Below are positions 39,887 through 50,741 of a stretch of 64,000 nucleotides of DNA, piece after piece. The notes beneath the pieces are model-generated. The model was not told the DNA's origin, ran no database searches, and worked only from the letters and a program-made list of their open reading frames with translations. The first letter of the stretch is position 1. Every line of letters begins with the position of its first letter. This DNA is from Nitrospinaceae bacterium (GTDB lineage Bacteria > Nitrospinota > Nitrospinia > Nitrospinales > Nitrospinaceae), in the NCBI GenBank assembly GCA_965237905.1, contig OZ250172.1, positions 480,001 through 544,000 of the forward strand, given 5' to 3'. A program made the translations under genes and the position numbers.

Positions 39887-40777
39887 CTAATGCCGGCAAC
39901 GATTGCCAACGTTGGAAACGGTATAGTTTTTTTCAGTCCTGTCTTTTTTTATTGTAATGACTGCATTATCCTTATCATCAATTTTCAGATTGCCCACCCA
40001 CATTCTTCCCCGCAACGTATTATTTTTGTCCTGCAAGGGAACCCGGCAAACCCTGGTCTTTAAGCCGCCCTTCTTCAAGTTCACGATCACCAGACTGGGC
40101 TTTCCTTTTTTATCCTGCCACACAAAAACCAATTGATTATCATTATCCAGCCAGGTGGGATGTTCCATGCCCGCCAAGCCAAAATCATTGCTATCGGGCT
40201 GTTCTCGGTATTTCACGGGAATCAGAGGAATTCCATGCTCCCTACTGGGTTTAAACACCTCTGCAAATACGTATGAATTCTGTTCTGGGGTAGCTTTCAT
40301 GTCATACAGTAAAACGCCTGATGGGGTGTATTCACTTGGAGTCATGCGCGCATACCAGGGTGTCCATATCAGGTATCGGCCGCTTGAGGAAAGGTGAAAA
40401 TGCCAGCCTTGAATCCTATCCACAATTTCCCCTCGACTCAAATCAACAACCATCGCCCGGTGTTCCATTTTACTTCCTCCAACAAAAAACAACTTATTAC
40501 CATAAATTTTCAGATGATCAATTCTGGCTATGCGACTATTAAATTCAAGCTCATAGCTTTTCCCATTTTTTAAATCGGATACCTGAATTCGATAGGCATA
40601 ATCCCCCGAACAACTCATTCTATTCCAATCGCATTCGGTTTGGGTCTGGGTCCGGACGGCCCAACGGCCTGATTTGTCAGAAATATCCTCCGCAAAAAGG
40701 GAAGCGGGAAGCAAATTTAAAACAAAAAGAACAAAAACCAGAAGCAAGCTTTTCATGATTCGAACCTGAATAATCAT
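39887..40777 (-). CDS. Hypothetical secreted protein (AT-rich, beta-rich)
   Basis: Signal-peptide-like N-terminus; no recognisable family. Confidence 0.65.
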   Translation of the reverse strand: MIIQVRIMKSLLLVFVLFVLNLLPASLFAEDISDKSGRWAVRTQTQTECDWNRMSCSGDYAYRIQVSDLKNGKSYELEFNSRIARIDHLKIYGNKLFFVGGSKMEHRAMVVDLSRGEIVDRIQGWHFHLSSSGRYLIWTPWYARMTPSEYTPSGVLLYDMKATPEQNSYVFAEVFKPSREHGIPLIPVKYREQPDSNDFGLAGMEHPTWLDNDNQLVFVWQDKKGKPSLVIVNLKKGGLKTRVCRVPLQDKNNTLRGRMWVGNLKIDDKDNAVITIKKDRTEKNYTVSNVGNRCRH

Positions 40778-40806
40778 ATTTTCAATAGTAAGGCGAACCT
40801 ACCGGG

Positions 40807-41391
40807 TCACGTGCGGGACCCAAGCGGTTGAAGGGAGTGGATGGGGTTGCCTTCACGGTCGAAGGCGGGAATACCGGCGGCTTCTGCGATCTCTTGCACC
40901 ACCTTTAAAGCTTCCTCCGGGACGAGCCGGGCGAACGGCAGTTCAATCTCTTTTCCGGTTTTGAGACAAATGCCGACCTGTTCGTATAACAACCTCTGTG
41001 ACGGCGACGGCGCGCTGGCGGATACAGTCACGAAAGGCGTGGGCGTGGTAAGAACTATTTTCTCCAGGGTATCGAAAGGAAGAAAATGGGTGCGGGTATT
41101 CAAACTGAGTCCCTTGAAAATTTCAACCTTGGATTGGGTTTGGTTCACATGGATCGCCCCTTGAATTTTCAACATTATGACCATAAATATCAGCCCACCG
41201 ATTAAAGCAAAAAGCAGAAAAATACCCCATGTGCTCAGGAACTCTTCATACCCTTCTATTGGTTTCATCATGAACAGGAAGACATAAATCAGCAAAGCCA
41301 TAGTCCCAATTTGAGACGCCAGAAAGGTATAAATGATCAACCTCCTGTCCCAGACAAACTTCACACGACCCGGCTTGCGGGTGATTTTCAT
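40807..41391 (-). CDS. Hypothetical membrane protein (2 TM + soluble domain)
   Basis: Two hydrophobic helices; likely start ATG 41391 (ORF extends to 41517). Confidence 0.6.
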   Translation of the reverse strand: MKITRKPGRVKFVWDRRLIIYTFLASQIGTMALLIYVFLFMMKPIEGYEEFLSTWGIFLLFALIGGLIFMVIMLKIQGAIHVNQTQSKVEIFKGLSLNTRTHFLPFDTLEKIVLTTPTPFVTVSASAPSPSQRLLYEQVGICLKTGKEIELPFARLVPEEALKVVQEIAEAAGIPAFDREGNPIHSLQPLGSRT

Positions 41392-41555
41392 ATTTTTCAA
41401 CTTTATCAAGATAAGAAGGCTCCAGAAATGGGATTCGTGCGGCGGTTCCCTGTATTTTCCGTGAAAAGTGAGTGTATACCCAGTGTAAGGCAAGTCAGAG
41501 TACTGTCCACAAAACAATCTGGACCTTAGGGCCCCAGTTCAAGGGTAGGTGAGAC

Positions 41556-43112
41556 TCAGGATATCAATAAAGGAACCAGAAGCAGGATGGCTCCGGTGAC
41601 GAGGGCGGCGCCGAGGAAGTTGAGGATGAATCCGGCGCGGGACATCTGCGGCACGGTCACCCAGCCACTGCCGAACACGATGGCGTTGGGTGGCGTTGCC
41701 ACGGGCATCATGAATGCGAACGACGCGGAGATGGTCACCGGTACCATCAACAGGAGTGGATGCGTGTCCATCATCACGGCGGCACCGGCGATGACCGGCA
41801 GGATCATGGTCGCCGTCGCGGTGTTCGAGGTAAACTCGGTCAGAAACGTGATGCCCAGGCACAGTGTCAGGATAATCATCCAAATCGGCAGGGCCTGAAT
41901 GCCGGTCAACTGCTGGCCGATCCACATATCGAGCCCGGTACTTTTGAATCCGGCCGCCAGCGCGAATCCCCCGCCGAACAACAGCAATATCCCCCACGGC
42001 AGTTTTTCCTGAACGGTTTTCCAGTCGAGCGCGAAGTATTCCAATTTGCCGTCGCGCTCCATGCCGCGCGGATAGCCCAGCGGCACCAGCAGAAGCACCA
42101 GGCCCATGAACATGGCGACGGTGGAGTCGTGAATATGTCCGCCCCACGAAAACAGCGACGACCAGCCGGGAATCGTAATTGATCCCAGCTCAATCGGTTG
42201 GCGAAAAATCCACAACAGCGCCGTCATTAAAAAGATGATCGCGACAAATTTTTCGGCGCGATGCATCGGTCCCAGCGCCTCCAGTTCTTCCTCAATCAAA
42301 TCCCCCGTGCCGTTATGCACCTCGATATCGCGAATCGGCACACGGCTCACCCAGCGGCACAGATACAGCCAGACCAGCGGCAGAAAAATAAGTACGATCG
42401 GCAGAGCCACCACCATCCATTGTAGAAAAGTGATGTCCGGCTGGTCGGGAAAACTGTTTTTGTAGAATCCGGCAAACACGATATTGGGCGCCGTTCCGAT
42501 CAACGTGCCCACCCCGCCGATGCTGGCGGAATAGGCCAGGCCCAGCATCAGGGCCAGCCCGAAGTGATGCTCTACTTTGTGCCGGGTGGCGTCGGTCCGC
42601 TCGCCTTTGATACTGGCCTGCGAAGCGATTTGTTTGACCACGGCTATGGCCACCGGTAGCATCATCATGGTGGTGGCGGTGTTGGAGATCCACATCGACA
42701 AAAACGCGGTGGCCACCATGAATCCCAGAATGATGCGCGACGGACTGGTGCCGATGAACCGGATGATCACCAACGCGATCCGCTTATGGAAATTCCATTT
42801 CTCCATGGCGAGGGCGATCATGAATCCGCCCATGAACAGGAACACGAGGTGGTTGGTGTAATGCGGCGCGACGTCCTTGCTCGGTAGGATTCCGAGCAGT
42901 GGATACAAAATGAGAGGCATCAGGGAGGTTACGGCCAGCGGTACAGCCTCGCCGATCCACCAGAGGGCCATCAACACGGCGACGGCAGCCATCCTCTGGC
43001 CTTCGGGCGAAACTCCCTCCGGGGTCGGCATGACCAGCATCAGGGTAAACAGACCCAAACCGCCCACCAGTACGATGATTTTCTTTTTCAGAAGAAAGTG
43101 TAATTCGTTCAT
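41556..43112 (-). CDS. SLC13/DASS family sodium:dicarboxylate/sulfate symporter
   Basis: SMWISNTAT, SASIGGVGTLIGTAPN, TEFTSNTAT, FMMPVATPPNA. Confidence 0.93.
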   Translation of the reverse strand: MNELHFLLKKKIIVLVGGLGLFTLMLVMPTPEGVSPEGQRMAAVAVLMALWWIGEAVPLAVTSLMPLILYPLLGILPSKDVAPHYTNHLVFLFMGGFMIALAMEKWNFHKRIALVIIRFIGTSPSRIILGFMVATAFLSMWISNTATTMMMLPVAIAVVKQIASQASIKGERTDATRHKVEHHFGLALMLGLAYSASIGGVGTLIGTAPNIVFAGFYKNSFPDQPDITFLQWMVVALPIVLIFLPLVWLYLCRWVSRVPIRDIEVHNGTGDLIEEELEALGPMHRAEKFVAIIFLMTALLWIFRQPIELGSITIPGWSSLFSWGGHIHDSTVAMFMGLVLLLVPLGYPRGMERDGKLEYFALDWKTVQEKLPWGILLLFGGGFALAAGFKSTGLDMWIGQQLTGIQALPIWMIILTLCLGITFLTEFTSNTATATMILPVIAGAAVMMDTHPLLLMVPVTISASFAFMMPVATPPNAIVFGSGWVTVPQMSRAGFILNFLGAALVTGAILLLVPLLIS

Positions 43113-43251
43113 TACCTAGCAGTGTACCCCAGCGCAACGCTGGAGCAAAAATTTTAAAAACGCATAAAACGAGCTTTGAAGGAAAATTGAAATAAACATT
43201 TAATTTTCCCTAAAAGGCCTTAAACTAAAAATATCTGCCCATAATTAATTT

Positions 43252-43839
43252 TTGGTTTCTGGAATGACTATGCAAGAATTCTTTTACGCCAACTTTGAGC
43301 ATGTGTTGGCCTTCCTGGTTTTTATTTCAAGGTTGGCGGACATTGGCACGACCTATTTGGCCACACCCAACCTCAAACTGGAAGCTAATCCAATAGTTCG
43401 CAAATTCGGTTGGCCTTTTGTCTGGATCACTACTATCCCTTTATGCATGATTCCGTATTTCTGGACATCCGGTGCAATTATGATGATTGTCGCTTTTCTT
43501 CTGGTTGCTTACGCGAATAGTCGAGGGTTGTGGCTGGTTCGCGCTATCGGAGAAAAAAAATATCTCGAATTTATGATTTCCGCATCGGGTCAAGCCGAAC
43601 CTCGGCAAACCGTCGCTCTCCTCCTGATTCCCGGCCTGCTTATTGTGGTATTGGGAATTGTCGTGATGCTTTTTTACCCAAGCCCCTCAAAGGATTGGGG
43701 GTTCTATATTTCCATGGGAATATTTTCGTACGCCTTTATCATATTTCTCTATTCTCCCCTGTACTTTTTCAGATTGAGAAAACAGTATGAAAAAAATTCC
43801 CAAACCCATCCCCAATCCATGGAAGCCAATGCTGAGTGA
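43252..43839 (+). CDS. Hypothetical membrane protein
   Basis: Multiple TM; DIGTTY...LEANP motif. Confidence 0.7.
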   Translation: MVSGMTMQEFFYANFEHVLAFLVFISRLADIGTTYLATPNLKLEANPIVRKFGWPFVWITTIPLCMIPYFWTSGAIMMIVAFLLVAYANSRGLWLVRAIGEKKYLEFMISASGQAEPRQTVALLLIPGLLIVVLGIVVMLFYPSPSKDWGFYISMGIFSYAFIIFLYSPLYFFRLRKQYEKNSQTHPQSMEANAE

Positions 43840-43960
43840 GTAAGTTTTAGCAAATTTCTCCAGCCAGGCATCAGTTCCCTCTCGCAGGATGATCGAACCA
43901 CACCCCATTCAATTCCAGATGGAGCTTTGCCAGTCTAATTTTTCTTTGATGTGGCCGGGG

Positions 43961-44845
43961 TCAGGCGTGTTGGGCGAGAATTTTATCGAGGCCGGCGGTG
44001 GACACAATGTGCTTGTCCATGCCGATTTCTTCCGGACTGAATCCCAGTGCGAGGGCCACCAACTGCGGCAGGTGCAGGATGGGGATGGAATAATGCTTCT
44101 TTTGCATGCTTTCAATTTCGGGCTGATAGGAGTCGAGGCTGAGATGACACAAGGGGCAACCGGTGACCACGCAGTCCGCGTCGGCTTCCACCGCTTCGAT
44201 CAGGGCGTTGCCCGCCATCTCGTGCGACGCTTCCTTGTTCATCATGATGATGGGAAACCCACAGCACTTGATCCGGCTGGGATAATAAATCGGCGTGGCG
44301 CCGAGAATTTCAAACAGTTCTTCCAGTTCTTTCGGGTTGTCCGGGTCTTCGTATTCCGACAATTCTGAGGGACGCAACACATAGCACCCGTAAAATCCCG
44401 CCGTCTTGAGGCCGGTCAACGGACGCTTGATTTTTTCCTTGAGCAACGCCTTGCCCTCCGGCGTCGCCAGAATATTGGGAAAATGTTTGATCTTGATCTT
44501 GCCGCCCTGATACTGATGCCCGCCATCCTTGAGAACATGATTGATCTTGTCCTTGTACTCGGTATCGGAATCTATATGGCACTCCGACTTTTTCAAATTA
44601 CCCTGGCACGTCGAGCAGATGGTGATGATATCCAGGTTCTGTTCTTCCGCCAGCGCAAACGTGCGCGCGTTGATGGCATCGGTTAATACCGGATTCTTCT
44701 CAGAGATCACACCCGCACCACAGCAAGCGGCGCTCTTCATCTCGACGAAATCGATTCCGAGAGCCTCGGCGGATTTGATCGTAGCCAACATCAACTCACG
44801 TGTCGCTCCTCTAGCCACGCAACCGGTAAACAACGCAAACTTCAT
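43961..44845 (-). CDS. CCG-domain (HdrB-like) anchor subunit of succinate dehydrogenase/fumarate reductase (SdhE type)
   Basis: GC..CCGAG..CSTC and GC..CCG..CPLCH CCG motifs; ATGA overlap with sdhB. Confidence 0.88.
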   Translation of the reverse strand: MKFALFTGCVARGATRELMLATIKSAEALGIDFVEMKSAACCGAGVISEKNPVLTDAINARTFALAEEQNLDIITICSTCQGNLKKSECHIDSDTEYKDKINHVLKDGGHQYQGGKIKIKHFPNILATPEGKALLKEKIKRPLTGLKTAGFYGCYVLRPSELSEYEDPDNPKELEELFEILGATPIYYPSRIKCCGFPIIMMNKEASHEMAGNALIEAVEADADCVVTGCPLCHLSLDSYQPEIESMQKKHYSIPILHLPQLVALALGFSPEEIGMDKHIVSTAGLDKILAQHA

Positions 44846-45789
44846 TCGCCAAACTCCTCAAAAATTCGTTGTACATCCTTCGCATCGTCAATGGGCTTGT
44901 GAATGAGGGGCGGTATCTTCATCTTCAACAGCATTCGCAACCCGACGGGGACCAGATCCAGAAGCCCCTTGATGTTGAAATAACCCATCGACTCGATGGG
45001 AATCTTGCTTTCGTTCAAGCGGCCGCTGTGCTTCACCGACTTGACGAACGACAACGCGTGCCGGGCGCCGACGTTGTTGGTCACGCCTTCTTTCAGTCCC
45101 ACGGCCATCAACTCCTTGATACGGTAAAACGGTTCTGCCGGTTTGGGGCACCGTTCCACGCACTCCCCGCAGTGGGTGCAATCCCACATGCCGCCCGGCT
45201 TGCTCAATTCCTTGATGCGGTCGCGGGTGGCCTGATCGCGCGAATCGCCCACGAACCGTTGCGCCTTCGCCAGCGCCGCCGGTCCCAGAAATCTCTTGTC
45301 CACTTCCAGGACCTGGCAATCGGAATAACACGCGCCGCACATGATACAGGTGGTGGCATCGTCGATTTTCTTGAACTGATGGGGACTTTGTTCGCGCTCC
45401 TGCTCCGGCGACTTTTCTTTGTTCTGGAGATAAGGCTTCACCTGATCCACCTTGTCCCAGAACTGCTGGAAGTCGGTAACCAGATCTTTGATGACCGGCA
45501 TATTCCCCAGCGGTTCGATGGTGATAGTGTCGCTTCCGTCCTTCAAAAGATGCGCCGCCTGTTTCTGACAGGCCAGCATGGCATGTCCGTTACTTTTCAT
45601 CCCACAGGAACCGCAAATCGCGCTGCGGCAGGACATGCGATAGGTCAGCGTCCCGTCCATAGTCCACTTGATGTGGTTCAGGCAATCGAGTAACGTCGCG
45701 CCTTCGGGAAAGTCGTATTCGAATTCCTCGTAATACGACTCCTCCTGTTTTTCCGGGTTGTATCGCTTGATTCGAAACTTGGCCATCAA
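44842..45789 (-). CDS. sdhB: Succinate dehydrogenase/fumarate reductase Fe-S subunit
   Basis: [32 protein letters not shown]. Confidence 0.93.
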   Translation of the reverse strand: MMAKFRIKRYNPEKQEESYYEEFEYDFPEGATLLDCLNHIKWTMDGTLTYRMSCRSAICGSCGMKSNGHAMLACQKQAAHLLKDGSDTITIEPLGNMPVIKDLVTDFQQFWDKVDQVKPYLQNKEKSPEQEREQSPHQFKKIDDATTCIMCGACYSDCQVLEVDKRFLGPAALAKAQRFVGDSRDQATRDRIKELSKPGGMWDCTHCGECVERCPKPAEPFYRIKELMAVGLKEGVTNNVGARHALSFVKSVKHSGRLNESKIPIESMGYFNIKGLLDLVPVGLRMLLKMKIPPLIHKPIDDAKDVQRIFEEFGE

Positions 45790-47495
45790 TACGTTCTTTC
45801 TTTAGGTTGATACCGGGTGATCACTACCGGCCGATGCTTCAACTCTAACCCACCCTCTTTGGAATACACCAGCGTATGTTTCAAAAAGTCCTGGTCGTCG
45901 CGTTTGGGAAAATCAGTGCGGTAATGACCCCCCCGGCTTTCCGTCCGCGCCAACGCGGCGGTCGCAATGATCTCCGCTATCTCCAGCATGTTGCCCAACT
46001 CGATGATCTCATACACTTCCGTGTTGAACAATTGGCCCTTATCCGTTACCTTGCCTTTTTTGCAACGTTCCTTCAAGCCTTGAATAGTAGCCACACAGGA
46101 TTTCAAATTGTCTGCGTCACGGAACACCCCGCACTTTTCCATCATTACTTCCTTCATCTCGTTGCGGATATCGTTGTAGCTCTCCGAGCCATCCCGTTGA
46201 AAAATCTCCTCGATTTGATTCAACACCCGGGCTTTTTCGTGGCTCTCGTTGATCTTGCCAAACTCCGCATTTCTTGCATATTCCAGCGCCGACCTCCCGG
46301 TGCGTTCTCCGAACACCGTGGCTTCCAACAACGAGTTGGTGCCCAAACGGTTGGCCCCGTGCACCGAAACGCAGGCGCATTCACCCGCCGCGAAAAACCC
46401 CTTCATCGGCGTCCCGTTGCCATCGATCACCACCTGGCCATGCATATCGGTGGGGATGCCGCCCATCGAATAATGCGCGGAAGGTTGGATTGGTAGAGGC
46501 TCCTTCACGCAGTCGACCCCGATAAAGTCGATCCCCAACTGGCGAATCTGCGGCAGACGTTCCATGATCCGCGCTTCTCCTAAGTGACGCAGATCGAGGT
46601 GGATGCACGCTTCCCCGTTAACGCCGCGTCCGGCATCGATTTCGCTCTGCTCGGCCCGCGCCACGATGTCACGCGGCGCCAGTTCCATCCGCGACGGCGC
46701 GTATTGTTCCATGAACCGATCCCCCGCGCCGTTCAGCAGGTAACCACCCTCGCCTCGTGCCGCTTCGGAAAACAAAATCCCCTGACGGTACAGACCCGAG
46801 GGATGAAACTGCACGAACTCCGGATCTTCCAGCGGTATGCCGGCATGAAATGCCGCCATCGCTCCGTCCGCCGTGCTGGCAAATGCGTTGGTGGTGATTT
46901 TAAAGACCCGCCCGTACCCGCCAGTGGCAAAGATCACCGCTTTGGCGTGAATCACTTCCACTTCGCCGGTACGGATGTTGCTCACCACCACGCCGCTACA
47001 GCGGCCTTCTTCGATCACCAGCTGGTGCATGTACCATTCGGAATATATTTTGATGGCCTTGGCGTTCTTCAATACCTGTTCATGCAGAGCATGGAGAATA
47101 GCGTGACCGGTGCGGTCGGCGGAAAAACAGGCGCGCGGTTTGGAATGACCGCCAAAACTGCGCTGGGCGATTTTACCGTCCTCGGTGCGGCTGAAAACGC
47201 AACCCATGTGCTCCAGTTCATAGATCACCCGGGGCGCGGCCTTGACGTATTCCTCCACCGCGTCCTGATCGGACAGGTAATCGCCACCCTTGACGGTATC
47301 GAACATGTGCTCTTCCCAGCTGTCGTCTTCGGAGTTGCCGAGGGCGGCGGCGATGCCTCCCTGCGCCGCACCACTGTGCGACCGTGACGGATACACCTTG
47401 GTCAGCAGGCCGACATCCAGATCCTTGCACACCTCCAAAGCGGCACGCATCCCTGCCAGGCCCGCACCTACAATTAAGACGTCATGTTTGATCAA
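45786..47495 (-). CDS. sdhA: Succinate dehydrogenase/fumarate reductase flavoprotein
   Basis: [16 protein letters not shown] (covalent FAD His), [25 protein letters not shown]. Confidence 0.95.
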   Translation of the reverse strand: MIKHDVLIVGAGLAGMRAALEVCKDLDVGLLTKVYPSRSHSGAAQGGIAAALGNSEDDSWEEHMFDTVKGGDYLSDQDAVEEYVKAAPRVIYELEHMGCVFSRTEDGKIAQRSFGGHSKPRACFSADRTGHAILHALHEQVLKNAKAIKIYSEWYMHQLVIEEGRCSGVVVSNIRTGEVEVIHAKAVIFATGGYGRVFKITTNAFASTADGAMAAFHAGIPLEDPEFVQFHPSGLYRQGILFSEAARGEGGYLLNGAGDRFMEQYAPSRMELAPRDIVARAEQSEIDAGRGVNGEACIHLDLRHLGEARIMERLPQIRQLGIDFIGVDCVKEPLPIQPSAHYSMGGIPTDMHGQVVIDGNGTPMKGFFAAGECACVSVHGANRLGTNSLLEATVFGERTGRSALEYARNAEFGKINESHEKARVLNQIEEIFQRDGSESYNDIRNEMKEVMMEKCGVFRDADNLKSCVATIQGLKERCKKGKVTDKGQLFNTEVYEIIELGNMLEIAEIIATAALARTESRGGHYRTDFPKRDDQDFLKHTLVYSKEGGLELKHRPVVITRYQPKERTY

Positions 47496-47868
47496 AACCG
47501 CTACCTCCTAGTGACTCGTTTACCCTCGTCCCTTTGAACCTTATCCAGTGGAGGAAAAACTCCTTAAACACATAAGTTACAAATGATTACTGAAAAAGAG
47601 TTCGGGATTGGCCTGAGGCGAGTGCTCACAACGAATATCAGGAAAGTTTCAAAAATTGAGCCGGTATTGAACCACCTTGAGCCATGCAATGTCAAGAAAA
47701 ATGAAGATTTACGGTTGAAACCCCCCTCGCCTGGTATATACTGATGCTCAATTGGGAAAAATCTCAACGAGTTAATCCGCCAAACCAACCCTCATATGGA
47801 GTATCACACCGTCACCCGGTTCACCCCAATCCGCCTGCCCTGAACCGGAGCGCCTGTCAATCACACGC

Positions 47869-49242
47869 ATGGAATCAGAAACAATCGAATCAGAAATCAT
47901 TGAATTTGAAAGCCTCCCCATCCCTGAGCCGGTACTGCAGGGTATTCGGGATGCCGGATTTAAAGAGTGCACTCCCATTCAAGCCAAAACCCTGCCCATT
48001 TCGCTGTCCGGAAAAGATGTCGCTGGCCAGGCACAGACCGGAACCGGTAAAACCGCCGCGTTTCTGATCTCGACGTTCACACGCCTGGTCAATCACGAAG
48101 CAATGCCGCAGAAAGGCAAACAAAAGGTGGCACCGCGCTCGCTGATTATCGCCCCCACCCGTGAACTGGCCCTGCAGATCGAACGCGACGCATTACTGCT
48201 CGGCAAACATTGCGGACTGAAAATTCTCTGCGTCTATGGCGGGGTCGACTACGAAAAGCAAAAGGACGCCATCAAAAAAGGGATCGATGTTCTTATCGCG
48301 ACGCCGGGGCGGCTGATTGACTATTACAAACAGAAGCTCTTCAGCCTGAAATCGGTTGAAGTGATGGTGATTGATGAAGCCGACCGCCTGTTCGACATGG
48401 GCTTCATCGCCGACGTACGCTATATCCTGCGCAATATTTCACCGTATCAAAAACGCCAATCCATGCTGTTCTCGGCAACTCTCAACTTCCGCGTCATGGA
48501 ACTGTGTTACGAACACATGAACGAACCGGTTCCCGTCAAGATCGAACCGGACAAGATCGTGGTCGATCAGGTCACACAGGTGCTGTACCACGTCGGCAAG
48601 AACGAAAAGCTCAAACTCCTGCTGGGCCTCCTGAAAAGCGAGACGCCGGGCAAAACGCTGATCTTCACCAATATGAAATCCACCGCCGAACGATTGGAAT
48701 CTCAACTCAAATACAACGATTACAACGCGCAGCAGATCAGCGGCGACCTGCCTCAGAAAAAACGCATCAAGGTACTGGAACAGTTCACCGAAGGCGAGAT
48801 CGACATCCTCATCGCCACCGACGTGGCCTCACGCGGACTGCATATCGACGACATCACCCACGTCATCAACTACGACGTACCGCAGGACCCGGAAGACTAC
48901 ATCCACCGTATCGGTCGAACGGCGCGCGCCGGACGTGATGGCGACGCCATCACCTTCGCCTGCGAAGACTACGCCGAGCACCTGATGGCGATCGAAGAAA
49001 CCCTGAAAAAGAAAATCCCGGTCGATTGGCCGAAAGACGAAATGTTTCTGGAACCGAAGGCAGGCATGCCGGTCTATAAAAGACGGCGGCCGAGTGGTCC
49101 CCCGACACGAGGCGGGAACAGCCGCGGAGCTCCCTCCAACGGCAGACGCCCGAGCGGAGGCGGCGGTCAATCTCGCGGCCGCAGACCCAAACCCGGCGGC
49201 TCCAGTTCCGCCAACCGACGACGACGCCCCGGCCAGAGATAA
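47869..49242 (+). CDS. DEAD-box RNA helicase (RhlB-like)
   Basis: AQTGTGKT, PTRELA, DEAD, SAT, HRIGRTARAG; R/G-rich tail. Confidence 0.95.
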   Translation: MESETIESEIIEFESLPIPEPVLQGIRDAGFKECTPIQAKTLPISLSGKDVAGQAQTGTGKTAAFLISTFTRLVNHEAMPQKGKQKVAPRSLIIAPTRELALQIERDALLLGKHCGLKILCVYGGVDYEKQKDAIKKGIDVLIATPGRLIDYYKQKLFSLKSVEVMVIDEADRLFDMGFIADVRYILRNISPYQKRQSMLFSATLNFRVMELCYEHMNEPVPVKIEPDKIVVDQVTQVLYHVGKNEKLKLLLGLLKSETPGKTLIFTNMKSTAERLESQLKYNDYNAQQISGDLPQKKRIKVLEQFTEGEIDILIATDVASRGLHIDDITHVINYDVPQDPEDYIHRIGRTARAGRDGDAITFACEDYAEHLMAIEETLKKKIPVDWPKDEMFLEPKAGMPVYKRRRPSGPPTRGGNSRGAPSNGRRPSGGGGQSRGRRPKPGGSSSANRRRRPGQR

Positions 49243-49280
49243 AGCACCCCCTCCCCCCGCAATAAATATACTCCCCTACC

Positions 49281-49309
49281 TGTCATCCTGAGCCTGTCGA
49301 AGGGCGACA
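49281..49309. repeat. REP-like imperfect palindrome
   Basis: TGTCATCCTGAGCCTGTCGAAGGGCGACA can fold (TGTC.TCCT/AGGG.GACA); resembles a widespread intergenic repeat class. Confidence 0.45.
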
Positions 49310-49365
49310 AAATAAATTAACCACAAAGAAATAAAAAAGCTCCTTTGTGATGGAAAGTTATTGAA

Positions 49366-49448
49366 TTAGCTTCTGAAGCCTTGTTCGTTGAGGATAGGAA
49401 TACCCAGTTTCTGGGCTTGGGTGGGTTGGCTTGCGGGGTCGGTACGGG
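49366..49448 (-). pseudogene. Decayed duplicate of the ligA 3' end (BRCT tail)
   Basis: Translates to DPASQPTQAQKLGIPILNEQGFRS* vs lig[29 protein letters not shown]; 49384-49442 vs 54120-54178 match 47/59 nt ungapped by hand count, including exact CCCAGTTTCTGGGCTT. Confidence 0.8.
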
Positions 49449-49751
49449 TCAGTTATTTTTTTCGATGATCTGCTTCATTCTTTCTTTTGAATCCGGCTTC
49501 AGGGAGGCCTCAGGAGCCGTGTCGGAAACCTCTTTGTCCAGGCCTCGAGTCATTTTCCTGAGGGTTTCCAACTGAGCCCTATATTTCCTGCAATATTTAC
49601 ACAAGACCAGGTGGAATCCCATTCGCCAGCGCTTGAAAACAGGAAGATTGTGATCCATATTTTCGGAAACAAGCTCTGTCGTATCCTTACATTTGGACAA
49701 CGTCAAATCCAGGATAACGTCTCTTAATTTTTCTATGAAGGAAACCGCCAA
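49449..49751 (-). CDS. Zinc-finger (zf-HC2/ZAS) anti-sigma factor
   Basis: CKDTTELVS...HLVLCKYC (HxxxCxxC), immediately after the ECF sigma. Confidence 0.88.
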   Translation of the reverse strand: MAVSFIEKLRDVILDLTLSKCKDTTELVSENMDHNLPVFKRWRMGFHLVLCKYCRKYRAQLETLRKMTRGLDKEVSDTAPEASLKPDSKERMKQIIEKNN

Positions 49752-50321
49752 TTAATGATTCTCCGGTAAATGAACTTCGATACACTTTTTGAGATGATTC
49801 CGTGCCCGGTGAAGCATAACCCAAAGATTACTGGGAGTAATATCCAATTCTGAACACAGGGTTTCGGAATCGTATCCTTCAACTTCCCGAAGGACATAGA
49901 ATTGGCGAAGCTTGGGAGACAGGGTATCCATGCATCCTGAAAAAATTTGAAGAAGCTCCTTGTCAGCAACGGCTTTCTCAGGATCAATCCCCCAATGGGA
50001 AGAGAAGGACTGCCAATGTCCTTTGCCGTCAAAATCCGATTCACAAGGATCATGGTAGTCTTCCAGGCTCAGGCCGTACTTTTGATTTTTCTTTTTCTCC
50101 CGATAATGATCCATGATTTTGTTCTTCATGATACCAAAGAGCCCTGTTTTCTCTGAAGATAGTGCGGCAAACGAATCTTGCGCCTTCAACGCCGCCAGAA
50201 AAGTATTCTGAACAATATCCTCGGCATGCTCTTCATCATTGACCCGGAGCAGGGCAAACCGGAACATGCAGTCACTGTACCGTTCCACCCACTGGTGCGA
50301 GTTAATAGTCTCTCGATTCAT
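49752..50321 (-). CDS. ECF RNA polymerase sigma factor
   Basis: AEDIVQNTFLAA, LREVEGY..LCSELDITPSNLWVMLHRARNHLKKC, FDGKGHW; ATG 50321 (ORF extends to 50351). Confidence 0.9.
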   Translation of the reverse strand: MNRETINSHQWVERYSDCMFRFALLRVNDEEHAEDIVQNTFLAALKAQDSFAALSSEKTGLFGIMKNKIMDHYREKKKNQKYGLSLEDYHDPCESDFDGKGHWQSFSSHWGIDPEKAVADKELLQIFSGCMDTLSPKLRQFYVLREVEGYDSETLCSELDITPSNLWVMLHRARNHLKKCIEVHLPENH

Positions 50322-50648
50322 TTTCACTTTTAATCCCCCTCCCAAGGGCAAACGAAACTGATCATGTATGAAGTAACGGACTATTTAAACGATTGCGTGA
50401 ATTATAGACCTAAATCCTCTAATTCACAGGATTTTTGATAGCGACGCGGTCCCGGGGGAGGTTCATCATTCCAAACTGTACTTCATTAAAAAACCCCGCA
50501 GTGATGGGCACCAAGGTTTCCAGGTAGAATCTCTTTATTATTGGTGAGTTAGTGTTGTTGCGTTGGGTCCACCTCCCTCCCTTTTCCCGAGCCCTACCAG
50601 GATTTTGAGAAATTCGTTTCATACCTCCAGAAAGTTTTCGGCGCCGAT

Positions 50649-50678
50649 TTGTAAGGATCAGAACCTCTCCTCCACTAA
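50649..50678 (+). promoter_or_regulatory. Candidate ECF-sigma promoter for the globin-P460 operon
   Basis: TTGTAAGGAT...CCACTAA (GTAAGG-N16-CACTAA) about 65 bp upstream of the globin ATG; ECF-like architecture, not verified. Confidence 0.35.
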
Positions 50679-50741
50679 TGCTCAACGCACGTTGAACAAT
50701 GACATTCCATTTTTCAATTTTAAATTCTGAGGGGGAAAATC

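Noticed and set aside
49381..49575. 64-aa plus-strand ORF similar to ORF 53997-54218
   Set aside because: Neither is a gene; the similarity is the antisense reading of the duplicated ligA 3' end
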